From NCBI GenBank assembly GCA_903960915.1, contig CAJCCO010000043.1, positions 6,574 through 70,573 of the forward strand: a DNA stretch of 64,000 nt. The letters run 5' to 3'. Both the position numbers and the translations under genes were made by a program. Origin of the DNA: an uncultured beta proteobacterium (GTDB taxonomy: Bacteria; Pseudomonadota; Gammaproteobacteria; Burkholderiales; Burkholderiaceae_C). Under the pieces are notes generated by a model. The model worked only from the letters and a program-made list of their open reading frames with translations, was not told the origin of the DNA and did no database searches. This document shows positions 62,309 to 64,000 of the stretch, piece by piece (the stretch's first letter is position 1; every line of letters starts with the position of its first letter).

Positions 62309-63835
62309 GTGATCTCTGAACTCGAATTCAAAAGCCTGAGTGCCCAAGGCTATAACCGCATCCCTCTGATGGCCGAGGCATTTGCGGACCTGGAAACGCC
62401 GCTGTCTTTGTACCTGAAGCTGGCGCACTCCAAAGATGGGGGCAAATTCAGTTTCTTGCTGGAGTCGGTGGTGGGCGGAGAGCGCTTTGGCCGCTACAGC
62501 TTTATTGGCCTGCCCGCGCATACGCTGGTGCGCGCCATGGGTTTTGGCGCAGAGGTGCGCACCGAGGTGGTGACTGACGGCGTGGTGGTGGAAACCTCTT
62601 CCATGAATCCGCTGGATTTCATTGCGGCGTATCAAAAGCGCTTCAAAGTGGCGCTGCGGCCTGGTTTGCCACGTTTTTGTGGCGGCTTGGCCGGTTATTT
62701 TGGTTACGACGCCGTACGTTACATCGAGAAAAAGCTTGAAACCACGTGCCCGCCCGACACCCTGGGCTGCCCCGACATTCTGCTGTTGCAATGCGAGGAG
62801 TTGGCAGTTATCGACAACCTGTCGGGCAAGCTCTACCTGATCGTCTACGCGGACCCCACCCAGCCGGAGGCTTATGCCAACGCCAAGAAGCGTTTGCGCG
62901 AACTCAAGGAACAGCTGCGCTATTCGGTCAGCGCGCCGGTCGTCAAGCCCACGCAAAGTTACCCGGCCGAGCGCGACTTTGCCAAGGCCGACTACATTGC
63001 CGCCGTGGAGCGCGCCAAAGCCTTGATTGCCGGTGGCGACTTCATGCAGGTACAGGTGGGCCAGCGCATCAAGAAACGCTACACCGAGTCGCCCTTGAGC
63101 CTGTACCGAGCCCTGCGCGCGCTCAACCCCAGCCCGTATATGTATTACTACCACTTTGGCGACTTCCATGTGGTGGGCGCCTCGCCCGAAATTTTGGTGC
63201 GCCAGGAGCAGGTAGAGCTGAACGGCAAGACCGAGCAAAAAATCACCATTCGCCCGCTGGCCGGCACCCGGCCGCGCGGTGCGAGCCAGGCCTTGGACAA
63301 GGTGGCCGAGGCCGAGCTGATCAACGACCCGAAAGAGCGCGCCGAGCACGTGATGCTGATTGACCTGGCGCGCAACGACATTGGCCGTATTGCCCAGGTC
63401 GGCAGCGTGCAGGTGACCGAGGCCTTCAGTGTGGAGCGTTACAGCCATGTCATGCATATCGTGAGCAATGTGGAAGGCCTGCTGGTCAGCGGCCCGAACG
63501 GCCAGCCGCTGGGCAGCATGGATGTGCTCAAAGCCACCTTTCCGGCCGGTACGCTCACCGGCGCCCCCAAGGTGCATGCCATGGAGTTAATAGACCAGCT
63601 AGAGCCGACCAAGCGCGGCCTGTATGGTGGCGCCTGCGGCTACCTCAGTTATGCCGGTGACATGGATGTGGCCATTGCCATTCGCACCGGCATCATCAAA
63701 GACCAGACCCTGTACGTGCAGGCCGCCGCCGGTGTGGTGGCCGACTCGGTGCCCGAGCTGGAATGGCGCGAAACCGAGGCCAAGGCCCGAGCCTTGCTTC
63801 GCGCTGCCGAGCTGGTGGAAGAAGGCCTGGAGTGA
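62309..63835 (+). CDS. trpE: Anthranilate synthase component I
   Basis: 508 aa. [39 protein letters not shown] and [19 protein letters not shown] are canonical TrpE blocks. Confidence 0.95.
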   Translation: MISELEFKSLSAQGYNRIPLMAEAFADLETPLSLYLKLAHSKDGGKFSFLLESVVGGERFGRYSFIGLPAHTLVRAMGFGAEVRTEVVTDGVVVETSSMNPLDFIAAYQKRFKVALRPGLPRFCGGLAGYFGYDAVRYIEKKLETTCPPDTLGCPDILLLQCEELAVIDNLSGKLYLIVYADPTQPEAYANAKKRLRELKEQLRYSVSAPVVKPTQSYPAERDFAKADYIAAVERAKALIAGGDFMQVQVGQRIKKRYTESPLSLYRALRALNPSPYMYYYHFGDFHVVGASPEILVRQEQVELNGKTEQKITIRPLAGTRPRGASQALDKVAEAELINDPKERAEHVMLIDLARNDIGRIAQVGSVQVTEAFSVERYSHVMHIVSNVEGLLVSGPNGQPLGSMDVLKATFPAGTLTGAPKVHAMELIDQLEPTKRGLYGGACGYLSYAGDMDVAIAIRTGIIKDQTLYVQAAAGVVADSVPELEWRETEAKARALLRAAELVEEGLE

Positions 63836-63840
63836 ACGCC

Positions 63841-64000
63841 ATGAACAAAACAGACAAGTCCGCTATGGCTAAAAAAATCCGGCTGTTGATGATCGACAAC
63901 TACGACTCTTTCACCTACAACATCGTGCAGTACTTTGGCGAGTTGGGGGCCGAGGTGGAGGTGTTTCGCAACGACGAGATCACGCTGGACGATCTGGAGG
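63841..64000 (+). CDS. trpG: Anthranilate synthase component II / glutamine amidotransferase (N-terminal part; runs off the right edge)
   Basis: Own translation gives [64 protein letters not shown] is the TrpG/PabA N-terminus. The start may be the ATG at 63865. Confidence 0.85.
   Translation, partial: MNKTDKSAMAKKIRLLMIDNYDSFTYNIVQYFGELGAEVEVFRNDEITLDDLE

Noticed and set aside
1412-63577. Many long antisense or out-of-frame ORFs in the six-frame track (e.g. 1412-2317 -, 18274-19158 -, 27458-28501 -, 29176-30033 -, 31615-32571 -, 33464-34585 -, 41809-42663 -, 50342-51055 -, 58246-59172 -, 62282-63577 -)
   Set aside because: These are typical shadow ORFs of high-GC DNA. Their compositions are Arg/Gly/His/Ala-rich with no recognisable motifs. 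Each lies opposite a gene with clear family signatures.
1-64000. Search for tRNA/rRNA genes, integrases, transposases, phage genes and known defence systems
   Set aside because: No cloverleaf-like or rRNA-like sequence was recognised in any intergenic gap larger than 150 bp. No recombinase, transposase or nuclease-helicase defence signatures appeared among the translated ORFs. Only the small TA pair was found. Absence is based on reading by eye and should be confirmed with tRNAscan, Infernal and DefenseFinder-type tools.

Overview
High-GC chromosomal window with Betaproteobacteria/Burkholderiales-style gene content; this taxonomic guess rests on gene content and synteny only. All family calls come from motifs I recognise in the supplied translations; no database search was possible. 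No rRNA, tRNA, CRISPR array, transposase or integrase was recognised.

Layout, left to right:
(1) 1-2.2 kb: housekeeping genes (partial FMN-binding GltB-like gene, YecA/UPF0149-like, YebC).
(2) 2.2-15.2 kb: a complete C-P lyase phosphonate locus. It is arranged phnGHIJKLM-phnCDEE-hexapeptide transferase-EEP gene on the minus strand. A divergent phnF-DUF1045-phnN operon sits on the plus strand.
(3) 15.2-23 kb: a patchy accessory stretch.
- It holds a Baeyer-Villiger monooxygenase/esterase pair and a VanA-like Rieske oxygenase.
- The partner reductase of that oxygenase carries an in-frame TAA stop.
- There are two apparent gene remnants and a UPF0175/DUF3368 toxin-antitoxin pair.
- An SDR and a haloacetate-dehalogenase-like hydrolase complete it.
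(4) 23-26.9 kb: lysE-cinA-pgpA-thiL, apaG, rpe.
(5) 26.9-61.4 kb: the most interesting block.
- It starts with an orphan short GspC-like gene and an FAD-linked oxidase.
- A LacI-family regulator follows, with a sugar ABC importer, GH1 and an ATPase.
- Next come a cytoplasmic GH30 and a porin-GH17 operon.
- A 20-kb co-directional run then carries GH81, GH16, a triple-module glycan-binding lipoprotein, an unrecognised lipoprotein + beta-barrel gene pair and a type II secretion cluster gspGHIJKLMNDEF.
- A perfect 14-bp palindrome TGAAAGCGCTTTCA precedes four promoters of this block.
- Four of its proteins are lipoproteins that all begin Cys-Gly-Gly-Gly.
(6) 61-64 kb: ybaK-like gene, gph, trpE and the start of trpG.

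Best candidate for something undescribed: a LacI-controlled beta-1,3-glucan (laminarin-type) utilisation system built from lipoprotein glycanases and a porin. It is physically fused to a T2SS, with the unknown translationally coupled lipoprotein/beta-barrel pair (47466-50278) at the junction. That barrel gene carries G7 and G9 tracts in its signal-peptide region.
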